DNA of 64,000 bases from Candidatus Methylomirabilota bacterium (GTDB taxonomy: Bacteria > Methylomirabilota > Methylomirabilia > Rokubacteriales > CSP1-6), in assembly GCA_046727415.1 (NCBI GenBank), contig JBKPCO010000021.1, positions 34,052-98,051 of the forward strand. The letters run 5' to 3'. Made by a program: the position numbers and the translations under genes. Each line of letters starts with the position of its first letter. Positions within the stretch are counted from its first letter, which is position 1. Below, piece after piece: positions 50,024 through 59,414 of this stretch. The notes beneath the pieces are model-generated. The model made no database searches and was not told where the DNA came from. It saw nothing but the letters and a program-made list of their open reading frames with translations.

Positions 50024-50662
50024 CTATGAGCCGGCCGGGGCCGAGGTCGCGGCAACGGCGCCGCGGCGTCGGACGGCACGCCGGCCCCATGTCCACCCTC
50101 GCACGCCAAGCAGCACAGCGAGCGCGGCCGCGTACCAGTACGGGTCCCTCACCCCGACCTTGGCCAGCCACAGGTAGTGGAGAACCCCGCAGACGCCGGC
50201 CACGTAGGCCAGCCGGTGCAGCCGCGTCCAGTTACGCGCGCCGAGCCGCCGGATCATCCCAGCCGTCGACGTCGCGGCAAGCGGGATCAGCGAGAGCATC
50301 GCCAGCATGCCGATCGTGATGTACGGGCGCTTGACAATGTCCGCCCACATCCTCGGCCAGTCGAAGAAGAAGTCGAGGACGATCCACACCGAAAAGTGCA
50401 GGCACACGTAGGCAAAGGCGAAGAGGCCGAGCAGCCGGCGCAGCGCGATCGGCCACGAGAGACCGAACACGACGCGGAGCGGTGTCATCGCCAATGAGGC
50501 GAGCAGGATCCGGATCGTCCAGTCACCGAGCGTGTTGGTGACGAAGCTGATGGGATTCGCGCCCAGATCGTCGGTCCACGTCCGGTAGGCCAGGGTCGCC
50601 AGCGGCACGAGACAGACGCCCCACACCGCGACCTTGAGCGCGATCCTCGCCCTATGCGACAT
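50024..50662 (-). CDS. msrQ: MsrQ, the heme-binding membrane subunit of the periplasmic methionine sulfoxide reductase.
   Basis: 212 aa with multiple TM segments, conserved His residues, and a position directly downstream of msrP. Confidence 0.85.
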   Translation of the reverse strand: MSHRARIALKVAVWGVCLVPLATLAYRTWTDDLGANPISFVTNTLGDWTIRILLASLAMTPLRVVFGLSWPIALRRLLGLFAFAYVCLHFSVWIVLDFFFDWPRMWADIVKRPYITIGMLAMLSLIPLAATSTAGMIRRLGARNWTRLHRLAYVAGVCGVLHYLWLAKVGVRDPYWYAAALAVLLGVRGWTWGRRAVRRRGAVAATSAPAGS

Positions 50663-50686
50663 CGCGCGGCAGCCGGCGGCCCGGCA

Positions 50687-51637
50687 TCAGTAGAATTTCT
50701 TCAAGTCCATCCCGGCGTACAGCGAAGCGACCTGGTCGGCGTACCCGTTGAAGGGCAGCGTTGCCCGCCGGCGGAATTCTCCGATGCGCCGCTCGTCGGC
50801 CTGGCTCCAGCGTGGATGGCTAACCGCCGGGTTGACGTTGGAGTAGAACCCGTACTCGCTGGGCGCGGCCTTCTCCCACGACGTCCTGGGCTGCTCGGTC
50901 ACCAGACGGATGCGAACGATCGACTTGGCGCTCTTGAACCCGTACTTCCACGGCACCACCATCCGCACCGGCGCGCCGTTCTGGTTGGGCAGGACCTGCC
51001 CGTACATTCCGACCGTGAGCAGCGTCAGGGGATGCAGCGCCTCGTCGAGCCGGAGGCCCTCGACGTACGGCCAGTCGAGCGATGAGAACCCGAAGAATCC
51101 CGGTTTCTGGGCCGGGAACTGGGCCGGGTCGAGCAGCGTGGTGAACTCGACGTACTTCGCCTGGCCGGTCGGCTCGACGCGCTTGAGCAGCGACGCGAGC
51201 GGAAACCCGATCCACGGGATCACCATCGACCACGCCTCGACGCAACGCAGCGAGTAGACGCGCTCCTCCAGGGGAAAGAGGCGGAGCAGCTCATCGATGT
51301 CGAACGTCTTGGGCTTGTGCACGAGCCCGTCGACCTGGACCGTCCACGGGCGCGGGCGCAGCGTGTGGCCCAGCCGCGAGGGATCGTCCTTGTTGACCCC
51401 GAACTCGTAGAAGTTGTTGTAGGTCGTGGCGTGATCGATCTTCGTGGGCGGCTCGGTCAGGCTGAAGGCGGCGTTGCGGGTCGCCGCGAGCGGCTGTCCT
51501 TTTGGGGTCGCCGCCGCGCCCGGCGATGGCATGAGCGCCAGCGCGGCCGCGCCGGCCATCAGCTCGCGGCGGCTCAGGTAGAGCTTGGGATCGGTGATCT
51601 CGCTCGCGGCGAACCGCGGCGCGCGTCGGATCAGCAT
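50687..51637 (-). CDS. msrP: MsrP, the molybdopterin-dependent periplasmic protein-methionine-sulfoxide reductase catalytic subunit.
   Basis: TAT signal ([14 protein letters not shown]) and sulfite-oxidase-fold blocks ([29 protein letters not shown]). Confidence 0.9.
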   Translation of the reverse strand: MLIRRAPRFAASEITDPKLYLSRRELMAGAAALALMPSPGAAATPKGQPLAATRNAAFSLTEPPTKIDHATTYNNFYEFGVNKDDPSRLGHTLRPRPWTVQVDGLVHKPKTFDIDELLRLFPLEERVYSLRCVEAWSMVIPWIGFPLASLLKRVEPTGQAKYVEFTTLLDPAQFPAQKPGFFGFSSLDWPYVEGLRLDEALHPLTLLTVGMYGQVLPNQNGAPVRMVVPWKYGFKSAKSIVRIRLVTEQPRTSWEKAAPSEYGFYSNVNPAVSHPRWSQADERRIGEFRRRATLPFNGYADQVASLYAGMDLKKFY

Positions 51638-51661
51638 GGTGCTTCCTCCTGCGAGACGATC

Positions 51662-52342
51662 TTACACCGTCGCAAATTTGTATCCGTGGCCATGGAGCGT
51701 AAGGATCCAGACGGGTTGGTCGGCGTCGGCCTCGAACTTCTTGCGCAATCGCAAGATATGCGTGTCGACCGTCCGCGTCGTGGGAAATCGCTCGTAGCCC
51801 CAGACCTCGTCCAGCAGACGCTCGCGGGTGAGCACCTCGCCCCGGTGCGCCACCAGGAACACGAGCAGGTCGAATTCCTTGCGCGTGAGCCGGATTTCCT
51901 CACCCGCCTTGAAGACCTGCCGGACTCGCGGTCGAATCCGGACATCTCCGAACGTGAACTCCTCGAACCGGTTCCGCGGCCCCGGGCGGCGCAGCACCGC
52001 GCGCACGCGCGCGAGCAGCTCGCGCAAAGAGAAAGGCTTGGTGACATAGTCGTCGGCCCCCAGCTCGAGCCCGCGGACCCGGTCGACTTCCTCGCCGCGC
52101 GCGGTCAGCATGATGATCGGCGCCTCGATGCCCTTCTCGCGTAGGGCGCGGCAGACGTCCCACCCGCTCATCCGAGGCATCATGATGTCGAGCAGGATCA
52201 GGTCGGGCGCGTCGCTCTGGGCCAGGGCGAGCGCGTCCTGGCCGTTGGTGGCCGACGCGATCTGATATCCCTCGAATCGGAGGTTGTCCTCCAGACCACG
52301 AACGATCTCGGGCTCGTCGTCGACGATCAGGATCCTAGCCAT
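51662..52342 (-). CDS. OmpR-family response regulator.
   Basis: MARILIVDDEPEI followed by a winged-helix C-terminus (LTRKEFDLLVFLVAHRGEVLTRERLLDEVWG). The start is the ATG at 52342, and the upstream part of the ORF is junk. Confidence 0.9.
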   Translation of the reverse strand: MARILIVDDEPEIVRGLEDNLRFEGYQIASATNGQDALALAQSDAPDLILLDIMMPRMSGWDVCRALREKGIEAPIIMLTARGEEVDRVRGLELGADDYVTKPFSLRELLARVRAVLRRPGPRNRFEEFTFGDVRIRPRVRQVFKAGEEIRLTRKEFDLLVFLVAHRGEVLTRERLLDEVWGYERFPTTRTVDTHILRLRKKFEADADQPVWILTLHGHGYKFATV

Positions 52343-53858
52343 CACCTCGCGCCGCCAGCGGTAGCCGTAGCGTGAAGCGGCTGCCCGCCCCCAGCGCGCT
52401 CTCCACGGTGACGTCGCCTCCGTGCGCTTCGGTGATGTGGCGGACGAGCGCGAGGCCGACGCCGCTGCCGCGGCGTCCCTGTGTATCGCTCCGGCCCACG
52501 CGGTAGAACTTCTCGAAGATCTTCGCGTGCTCGTGGGGCGGGATCCCCATGCCCCGGTCCGCCACGGTGATGGCAAGACGCCCGTCCACGACCCGCGCGC
52601 TCACTGCCAGCGCCCTCTCGTCGCCCGAATACTTGATCGCGTTGTCGACGAGGTTCGCCAGCGCCTGCCCGATGGCATCCGCGTCCACCGGGATGTCCGG
52701 CAGGTCGGGCGCCACGTCCACGTCGACCTTGAAGCCGTGCTGCGCGAGCGGATAGTCGAACGCCTCGAGCACCGACCGGATCAGCGGCTCGATCGCCGTC
52801 GGCGCCATCCGATAAATCTGCCGGCCGCCCTCGATGCGCGAGAAGTCCAGCACGTTGTCGATCAAGCGCGACAGCCGCTCGCTCTCGCGCGCGATGACCC
52901 GGTAGTACTGGCGACGCCCGCCTTCGTCGGTGATCCGGCCCATGTCGAGGGTCTCGCCGAACATCCGGATCACGGAGAGCGGGGTCTTGAGATCGTGGGA
53001 CACGTTGGCGACGAAGTCCGACTTGAGCCGCGCCATCTCGGTCTCCCGGCGCGCCAGCCTCCAAGTCGCGACGATCCCCGCGATGATGACCAGCAGCAAC
53101 ACCCCGTAGGCGCCGGTGAACAGCATGACCTGACGGCGGACCGCGCGCCGCGGCGCCGCGTCCGCCGTCTGGTAGACCGCCAGCCGCCAGTCGGGCAGCG
53201 TGTCACGGAACGTCACCGACAAGATTGGCTGGGTGTCACCGACCGGCGCGCGACTGTAGACCGCGCGCCCCTCGTGATCGAGCACGGCGAAGATAGTCGG
53301 CGACTCGAGCGTGCCCAGCGCGGTCTCGAAGATCTCGCGACGCAGCGCTTCGGGGTCGCGAATGAACGCCGCGAGCACCGGCTCGCCGCCGCGTCCGGCC
53401 AGAAGCGCGACACAGACCCGGTGGCCCGCGACCACCTGGCGCTTGCCGCCTCGCTCGAGCTTGCCCTGAGTCGCCTCGGCGACGAGCGGCCCGATGACGG
53501 CGGCGTCGCCCTCCTGCCACGCCTTGGGATAGAGGAGCGCGCCGCGCCGGGTTACCAGATAGAGCCGGCGGACCAGCGGCGAACGGGCAACGATCTCGTC
53601 CACCGCCCGCGCCGACCAGCTGTCAGCCTCGAGCGCGCCCTGAAGCCGGTCCAGGAAGGTGTCTTCCTCGCGGCGGAGCATCATCTCGACCTTCGCGGCG
53701 GCCATGGACGCCATGTCGCGCGCCTGCTCGCGGTACAGGAGCTCGGAGGACACCTCCCACTGGTGGATCGAGATGTAGCCGAGGATCGCGACGATGGTCG
53801 CCGGAACGGCGATCGCCAGGAGCGCGAGCAGCGAGAACCGTGCGGATGGCGACCGCAC
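52335..53858 (-). CDS. Sensor histidine kinase (two TM segments, periplasmic domain, HisKA, HATPase).
   Basis: HisKA (VSHDLKTPL) and HATPase (DNAIKYS...DRGMGIP...GSGVGLAL) are present. It overlaps the response-regulator gene by 8 nt. Confidence 0.85.
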   Translation of the reverse strand: MRSPSARFSLLALLAIAVPATIVAILGYISIHQWEVSSELLYREQARDMASMAAAKVEMMLRREEDTFLDRLQGALEADSWSARAVDEIVARSPLVRRLYLVTRRGALLYPKAWQEGDAAVIGPLVAEATQGKLERGGKRQVVAGHRVCVALLAGRGGEPVLAAFIRDPEALRREIFETALGTLESPTIFAVLDHEGRAVYSRAPVGDTQPILSVTFRDTLPDWRLAVYQTADAAPRRAVRRQVMLFTGAYGVLLLVIIAGIVATWRLARRETEMARLKSDFVANVSHDLKTPLSVIRMFGETLDMGRITDEGGRRQYYRVIARESERLSRLIDNVLDFSRIEGGRQIYRMAPTAIEPLIRSVLEAFDYPLAQHGFKVDVDVAPDLPDIPVDADAIGQALANLVDNAIKYSGDERALAVSARVVDGRLAITVADRGMGIPPHEHAKIFEKFYRVGRSDTQGRRGSGVGLALVRHITEAHGGDVTVESALGAGSRFTLRLPLAARGDG

Positions 53859-53865
53859 CCCGGCG

Positions 53866-54402
53866 TTACCCCCGCTCGGCGAGGAGCCGCTTGATCATCG
53901 CCTCGGTGGCTTCGTAGTCGCCCTCGCCGATGTGTCGGTAGCGGACGATGCCGTTTCGATCCACCAGGAGCGTGGTCGGCCAGGCGATGACACCCCACCG
54001 TTTCCAGATCGTGAACTCGTTGTCCTGGACGACCGGGTAGTGGACGCCGAGCTTCTTCGTGGCGTCGATAACCTTGTCGTACGGCTTCTCCCACGCGAAC
54101 TCCGGACTGTGGACGCCGACGACGGTGAAGCCGTCCTTCTCGTAGCGCTCGTGCCAGTCCCGCACCTGCGGGATCACATTGCGGCAGTTGATTCAGCCGA
54201 ACGTCCAGAATTCGATGAGCACGACGCGGCCCCGCAGGCCCTGCATGGTCAAGGGACCGCTGTTGATCCAGCGGTCCCCCGACACCTCGGGCGCGGGGGC
54301 GCCAATGCGCAGGGCCTGGCCCGCCGCGGGCCCATTCATCAGGCCCACCGCCAGAAAAGCGGCCAGAACGAGCCCATGGCTCCGTCGCATGTCGTTCTTC
54401 AT
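53866..54402 (-). CDS. Candidate selenocysteine-containing periplasmic thiol:disulfide oxidoreductase (TlpA/redoxin fold) with a UxxC active site. The in-frame TGA is at 54193..54195.
   Basis: ORFs 54193..54402 and 53866..54177 are in the same frame and separated only by a TGA. The joined sequence reads ...VVLIEFWTFG-U-INCRNVIPQ..., which is the thioredoxin-fold WxxCxxC position. The N-terminus is a signal peptide (MKNDMRRSHGLVLAAFLAVGL). A SECIS-like structure lies at 54152..54186 (outer stem UGCC/GGCA, inner CCCGC-AGGU-GCGGG), about 20-35 nt 3' of the UGA. Confidence 0.55.
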
Positions 54403-54518
54403 CTTATCCTCGTCCTCACAGCGAACGTCGACCTGCTATGCGCCAGTGTGGAGGACGGGCGCGCAGCGTTCGTCACAACGGTGTCAAATCTTTCGAGGCG
54501 GCGGCCGGCCGGCGAGCC

Positions 54519-54815
54519 CTACGGTCGGTTGAACGCGCGCGAGATGATTTCGGGGAAGCTCGCCTCGATCTCCGCCGCGACCGCGTCGGCGACCTCGGTC
54601 GCGCTCCCGGGCCGCTCCCGCACGTCGCCGCGGACCCACAGCTCGAGATACGCGTCCTGGTCCTCGAGGCCGAGCCTCATCGCGACGGAATCGATGAGCT
54701 GCTGGAACCGGTCGCTCAGCGGCCGGGTGACGGTGCCTGCGTCGTCGCGCGCTTCGATCATCGACGGGACGTCCTTCCAGGCGATGATCTGGTACGTGGC
54801 CAAGGAGACCGGCAC
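54519..54815 (-). CDS. Hypothetical conserved small protein (98 aa).
   Basis: Non-junk composition (LATYQIIAWKDVPSMIE...). I cannot assign a family. Confidence 0.4.
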   Translation of the reverse strand: MPVSLATYQIIAWKDVPSMIEARDDAGTVTRPLSDRFQQLIDSVAMRLGLEDQDAYLELWVRGDVRERPGSATEVADAVAAEIEASFPEIISRAFNRP

Positions 54816-54846
54816 TCGAAGTCGGTTGACGGCGGGCCGGCTCGCG

Positions 54847-55167
54847 TCAGCTCCCGCCCATGAACTGGGCGAGCAGCGTGATCTGGTCTCCCGGCTGCAG
54901 CGGCGAGTCGAGGGTATGGTCGATGCCGAGCACCGCGTTGTTGACGAGGACCTCGATGTGCTCGCCCAGCTCGTTCCCGTGCCAGAGGGCCCGGTGAAGC
55001 TCGGGGTAGCGCGCCGAGAGCCCGGCGAGCACGCTCCTGACCGTCGCGCCGGGTGTCAGGGCCTCGTCCAGGACGCGCCGCCCCGAGCCGTCGCCGCCCA
55101 CGAACTTCGTGATCCAGGAGGCGACCTCCACGGGAATCGTCGCGGTGGTAGCGCGGGCAGCACTCAT
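54847..55167 (-). CDS. MoaD/ThiS-like ubiquitin-fold sulfur-carrier protein.
   Basis: 106 aa with a beta-grasp-like pattern and a C-terminal ...LLAQFMGGS (a Gly-Gly near the C-terminus). Confidence 0.5.
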   Translation of the reverse strand: MSAARATTATIPVEVASWITKFVGGDGSGRRVLDEALTPGATVRSVLAGLSARYPELHRALWHGNELGEHIEVLVNNAVLGIDHTLDSPLQPGDQITLLAQFMGGS

Positions 55168-55222
55168 CTAAGCCAAAATCTATCAGACGATGCGGAGCCT
55201 CGCCAGCGGCACGAGGCGGTGA

Positions 55223-55840
55223 CTACCCGGCCAAGCGGCGAGCGCGTGCCTGATCGTTGAGAAACTCGTCGCGCTTCTGCTTGAGGCGCCGCACTAGCTC
55301 TTCGTACGAGCTCGAGCGGACGATGCGATCGAACTGCGAGCGATAGTTGGCGACGAGGCTCACGTTCTCGATGAGCACGTCGTAGATCAGCCAGCGCTCA
55401 CCCCGGCGGACCATCCGCGACTCGACGGGCACCTCGATGCCCGCGCGGGTCACGATGCGGGCCCGGACCGTGGCCAGCTCACCGTCGATCGACTCGCCGA
55501 CGTACCGGATCCGCTCACCGCCGTACTCGTCCAGCCGCGCGATGTAGGTTCGCTCGAGGAGGTCAGCGAAGAGCTGCGTGAACTCGTCGCGCTCGGCCGG
55601 GGTGCGCGCCTGCCAGTGGCGGGCGAGCACGCGCCGGGCCGTCTCGGTGACGTCGAACGCCTCGTGCGCGATCTTGCGGACCGCCGCGCGGCGGTCTCCG
55701 CGCGCGAGGGCGGGATCGTCCAGGACCTTGATGACTTGATCGGTGTACTCGCGCAGCTGATCGGTGGGGCCGGCCGCCGCCGGCGCGCCGGCGAGCAGCG
55801 AGAGCGACGCAGCCGCCGCGAGCGCGACGATTCCCCCCAT
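55223..55840 (-). CDS. mlaC: MlaC/Ttg2D-family periplasmic phospholipid-binding protein.
   Basis: Signal peptide (MGGIVALAAAASLSLLAGAPAAAG) and MlaC-like blocks (FDVTETARRVLARHW, RYVGESIDGELATVRARIV). The start is the ATG at 55840. Confidence 0.7.
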   Translation of the reverse strand: MGGIVALAAAASLSLLAGAPAAAGPTDQLREYTDQVIKVLDDPALARGDRRAAVRKIAHEAFDVTETARRVLARHWQARTPAERDEFTQLFADLLERTYIARLDEYGGERIRYVGESIDGELATVRARIVTRAGIEVPVESRMVRRGERWLIYDVLIENVSLVANYRSQFDRIVRSSSYEELVRRLKQKRDEFLNDQARARRLAG

Positions 55841-55848
55841 GGTCGTGC

Positions 55849-57047
55849 TTATCGTAACAGAGCGGGCGCCGGGACGTGCATTCGGAGCTCGCGGCCGACG
55901 ATCCACGCGCCGAAGAAGGTGAGGATAGACGCGACGAGATAGACGGAGTGGACCCCGAAGGCATGGATGAGCAATCCGCCCACGAGTGGGCCCGCGATCC
56001 CGCGCACGCCGGCCAAGGTCGCGCCGATCGCGACGTATTGCGCGGTCCGGTGCGGCCCGGCGACGTCGATGATCGCCATCATCCAGACGAGCTCGAGCCG
56101 ACGGACAGAAGCGAGTCGGTGACCGAGCTCGCGACCAGGACCCACGGGCTCCAGGCGACGTAGTAGATCAGCGGCGTGGCCGCGCCGATCAGGTACATCA
56201 CTCGCAGCGCCTCGAGGCTCGACCGGCGATCGACGAGCCATCCCCAGTACGCGCTGCCGGCGAGCGTCGCCGCGGCGGCGACGGCCGCGAACACCCCAAC
56301 CTGCGATGCGCTCACGTGCAGGACGTCGACGAGCAGGAGCGGGTGCGCGGGCGTCTGGATCCAGCAGCCGAAACCGAAGAGGAACGACGCGACGAGGAGC
56401 CGCCGAAACGCGTGGTCACTCCGGACCGCCAGCCAGGCGTCGGCGAGTCTACCCGGCTCCTCGCCGGCTGATTCGAGCTCGGGGACGGCGAGCCGTCTCT
56501 GACGCAGGCTCGCGGCCATCCCGAGGAGTGCCGCGGCCACGAAGATCCACCGGTACGCGACGCGCTCGAAGAGCTGGCCGGCGGCGAGGGCGAGCCCGAT
56601 CCCGAGCATGGCGCCGGCCATCCGGACCATGCCGAGCGCCCGGCCGCGCTGCGCGCGCGGATAGACGCGCTCGACGACCGCGGCCTGCGCCGGCGCGGCG
56701 GCGGCGCCGAAGAAATCCCGCGCCACCACGATGCCGACGAACGACCACGCCGAGCTGACGAACGGGACGAGCAGGAACACGCCGCGCGCGGCGAACCCGG
56801 GCCACACCAGGTATGGCAGCGGAGGCCGGCCGTGGAACGCGCGTGCCCAGAGGAGCGAGAGCAGAAGGCATGCGCCACCGGCCGAGGACATGACCGCAAG
56901 CTGCAACGGAGTGGCGCCGAGCTCGCGCCGGAGGATCAGGCCGATGAACGGGCTGGTCAGCCCGGCGAACACGGTGAAGAGGAGCGTCGCCGAAATGTCG
57001 ACCCGGAGTGCCTGCCGTATCTCCGGGCTGAATCGCGAGCCGATCAT
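55849..57047 (-). pseudogene. MFS transporter gene split by a frameshift (pseudogene or sequencing indel).
   Basis: ORF 56079..57047 encodes about ten TM helices of an MFS fold and ends abruptly (...SVGSSSSG*). ORF 55849..56241, in another frame, continues with the last two TM helices (LELVWMMAIIDVAGP...LVASILTFFGAWIVG). The overlap at 56079..56241 implies a single-base indel near 56100-56130. Confidence 0.5.
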
Positions 57048-57149
57048 CGTTTGATTATGTCGCGTCTCCGCCCCGCGACGAACGCTTCCCGGCGGTACGG
57101 TCTAACCCTGCGCCACCACGTTGATCTAGGGTCGGCTACAATCGCCTCC

Positions 57150-58025
57150 ATGACGCCCCTGATGGCCTCCGACCCCCACCCCAGGAAGCGCGTTGCAGCG
57201 CTCGACACCGAGCTCGCATACGTCGAGTCCGGCGCGGGCGAGCCGATCGTCTTCTTGCACGGCAATCCCACGTCCTCCTACCTCTGGCGAAATGTCATCC
57301 CGCACGTCGAGCGGCTCGGCCGGTGTCTCGCCCCGGACCTAGTGGGCATGGGCGATTCAGGGAGGTCGCCGGGCGGATCTTACCGCTTCGTCGACCATGC
57401 TCGATACCTTGACGCCTGGTTCGAGGCGCTGGCGCTGTGGAATGTGACGCTCGTCGTTCACGACTGGGGCTCGGCGCTCGGCTTTCACTGGGCCCGCCGC
57501 CACCCCGAGCGCGTCCGAAGCGTGGCCTACATGGAATCGATCGTTCGACCCGTGACGTGGCAGGAGTGGCCCGAGGTGGCGCGCAAGGTCTTCCAGGGGA
57601 TGCGTGGTCCGGGCGGCGAAGAGATGGTTCTCCAGAAAAACGTGTTCGTGGAGCGCATCCTGCCGGCCAGCGTCATTCGCGGCCTGACGGCGGAGGAGAT
57701 GGCTCGTTACCGCGCCCCCTATCGCGAGCCCGGCGAGTCACGGCGGCCGACACTCACCTGGCCGCGCGAGATCCCGGTGGACGGTGAGCCGGCCGACGTC
57801 GTCCGGATCGTCGAGGCCTACGGCGAGTGGCTGGCGAAGAGCCCGTTGCCCAAGCTGTTCGTCAACGCCGATCCGGGCTCGATTCTGGTCGGCGCGCAGC
57901 GCGAGCTCTGCCGACGCTGGCCCAACCAGCAGGAGGTCACGGTCCGGGGCACGCACTTCGTGCAGGAGGATTCGCCGGACGAGATCGGGCGGGCTCTGGC
58001 GGCGTTCGTGCGGCGGCTGGGATAG
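57150..58025 (+). CDS. Haloalkane dehalogenase (alpha/beta-hydrolase fold).
   Basis: IVFLHGNPTSSYLWRNVIPHV is the haloalkane-dehalogenase signature. The nucleophile elbow is VVHDWGSALG, and the C-terminal block is GTHFVQEDSPDEIG. 291 aa. Confidence 0.9.
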   Translation: MTPLMASDPHPRKRVAALDTELAYVESGAGEPIVFLHGNPTSSYLWRNVIPHVERLGRCLAPDLVGMGDSGRSPGGSYRFVDHARYLDAWFEALALWNVTLVVHDWGSALGFHWARRHPERVRSVAYMESIVRPVTWQEWPEVARKVFQGMRGPGGEEMVLQKNVFVERILPASVIRGLTAEEMARYRAPYREPGESRRPTLTWPREIPVDGEPADVVRIVEAYGEWLAKSPLPKLFVNADPGSILVGAQRELCRRWPNQQEVTVRGTHFVQEDSPDEIGRALAAFVRRLG

Positions 58026-58080
58026 CCCCGCGCGCTCGGGCCGCCGAGCGCGCGGGGAGAGGCGAATCCGCGAGAAGCTT

Positions 58081-58755
58081 CTAGTCCTCGGCGTTGACCA
58101 TCATCTTGACGGTCACGCGGCGCTTGTCCTTGTTGGGCGTGCCCTTCTCGGCAATCGGGCCCAGGCCGATCAGGTGGATCCGGGGCAGCTCAACGCCCCT
58201 CTCGACCAGGTAGCGGCGAACCGACTCGACCCGGCGCTGGCTCAGGCCCACGTTGTAGCCGTAGGTCCCCACGGGGTCGGCATAGCCCTGGAGGTCGACC
58301 GTCAGCTTGGGATTCTCCTTCATCTCCTTCACCAGCGTGGACAGGGTGGTCTGCCCCTCGTCGCCGATGTCCCACTTATCGAAGCCGAACAGGATCTGGT
58401 AGGTCTCGGCTTCCTTGCGGTTGTTCCGGTTGGACCAGAGCCGCGTCAGCCGGCTGTTCGTCTCGTCCGCCTTGGTGTACGCGCTATCCGCACGCTCCCT
58501 GGCGCCCTTGGCGGTCGCGGTCGTCTCGGTCAGCGTCCCTTCAGCGGTCTTCAGCCGGCCGTCGACCCCGTCAACTTTCTGGTCAACCCGCTGACTTTCC
58601 GCGGCGGCCTTCTGGTCGACCGCGGCGACCTTCTGATCCATCGCGACTTCTGTCTTTCCGACGTGATCCCTCACCCAATCCCGGGTGGCGACGCAACCGC
58701 TGGCCAGCAGCATCACCGCCGGTAGGACCAACCCCAACTTCAGCGCCTGTCGCAT
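58081..58755 (-). CDS. OmpA-family lipoprotein with an N-terminal coiled-coil-like segment.
   Basis: Lipobox (LLASGC) and a C-terminal OmpA-like domain (ILFGFDKWDI...LQGYADPVGTYGYNVGLSQRR). The start is the ATG at 58755. Confidence 0.8.
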   Translation of the reverse strand: MRQALKLGLVLPAVMLLASGCVATRDWVRDHVGKTEVAMDQKVAAVDQKAAAESQRVDQKVDGVDGRLKTAEGTLTETTATAKGARERADSAYTKADETNSRLTRLWSNRNNRKEAETYQILFGFDKWDIGDEGQTTLSTLVKEMKENPKLTVDLQGYADPVGTYGYNVGLSQRRVESVRRYLVERGVELPRIHLIGLGPIAEKGTPNKDKRRVTVKMMVNAED

Positions 58756-58924
58756 AACGGCCTCCTCTTGTGCCCACACCTGTAGCGGTCGGGCTCGAGC
58801 GGGAGGCCATGCAACCCGGTCGCCAGCCGCGGCACAGCGTTTTTGGCGGGAAATTGGCCTGTTTGCGCGCCCGGGGTGTTCCTTTCGCGACAGGTGCAGT
58901 CAGCCGGCTGACGGCAACGTCAGC

Positions 58925-59410
58925 TTAGTTCAGTCGAGCGCGCAAGGAATGTAGAGCACGCCGGAGGTCGGCGTCTCCGGGGGCCAGACGCACGGCCTGC
59001 TCGAATTCCCGCAGTGCGTCCCACCACCGCCCCTGCTTCATGCGGATCCGGGCGAGGTTCATATGTGGAAACTGGCGCGGCTCGTATCGCTTCGCCTGCT
59101 TCGCGCGCTCGAGCCAGGGGATTGCCTCGTCGAGCTTTCCCTGCTGCATCAGATAGCAGCCGATGTCGTTGTAGGGGTTGCCGAAGTCGGGATCGACCTC
59201 GATAGCGCGCAGACACTCCTGGGTCGCCTCCTCCAGACGCCCCTGGAAGCTGTAAGTCCATCCCAGGAAGGTATGAGCCTCGGCAGTCGGGTGCACCTCG
59301 ATCGAGCGCTGGTAGAGCTCGATCGCGCGGTCGAGCTCCCCCCGCATTTGATGCTGGTAAGCCTCCTTCCAGATCTCGGTGGCCCGATCGAAGCCCTCGG
59401 CGGAGCTCAT
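58925..59410 (-). CDS. TPR-repeat protein.
   Basis: 161 aa with three or four TPR-like repeats (AIELYQRSIEVHP, AHTFLGWTY, AIEVDPDFGNPYNDIGCYL). Confidence 0.7.
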   Translation of the reverse strand: MSSAEGFDRATEIWKEAYQHQMRGELDRAIELYQRSIEVHPTAEAHTFLGWTYSFQGRLEEATQECLRAIEVDPDFGNPYNDIGCYLMQQGKLDEAIPWLERAKQAKRYEPRQFPHMNLARIRMKQGRWWDALREFEQAVRLAPGDADLRRALHSLRARLN

Positions 59411-59414
59411 ACCG

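Noticed and set aside
54193-54402. Treating 54193..54402 and 53866..54177 as two independent small genes.
   Set aside because: The first has a signal peptide but no mature domain, and the second is a thioredoxin fold lacking its first active-site Cys and a start context. Same-frame continuity through a single TGA at the CxxC position, plus a downstream stem-loop, makes a Sec read-through the better model, though it remains unproven.
57044-57271. 75-aa minus-strand ORF between the MFS and dehalogenase genes.
   Set aside because: It overlaps the dehalogenase start region on the opposite strand, has an Arg-rich tail, and has no recognisable features.
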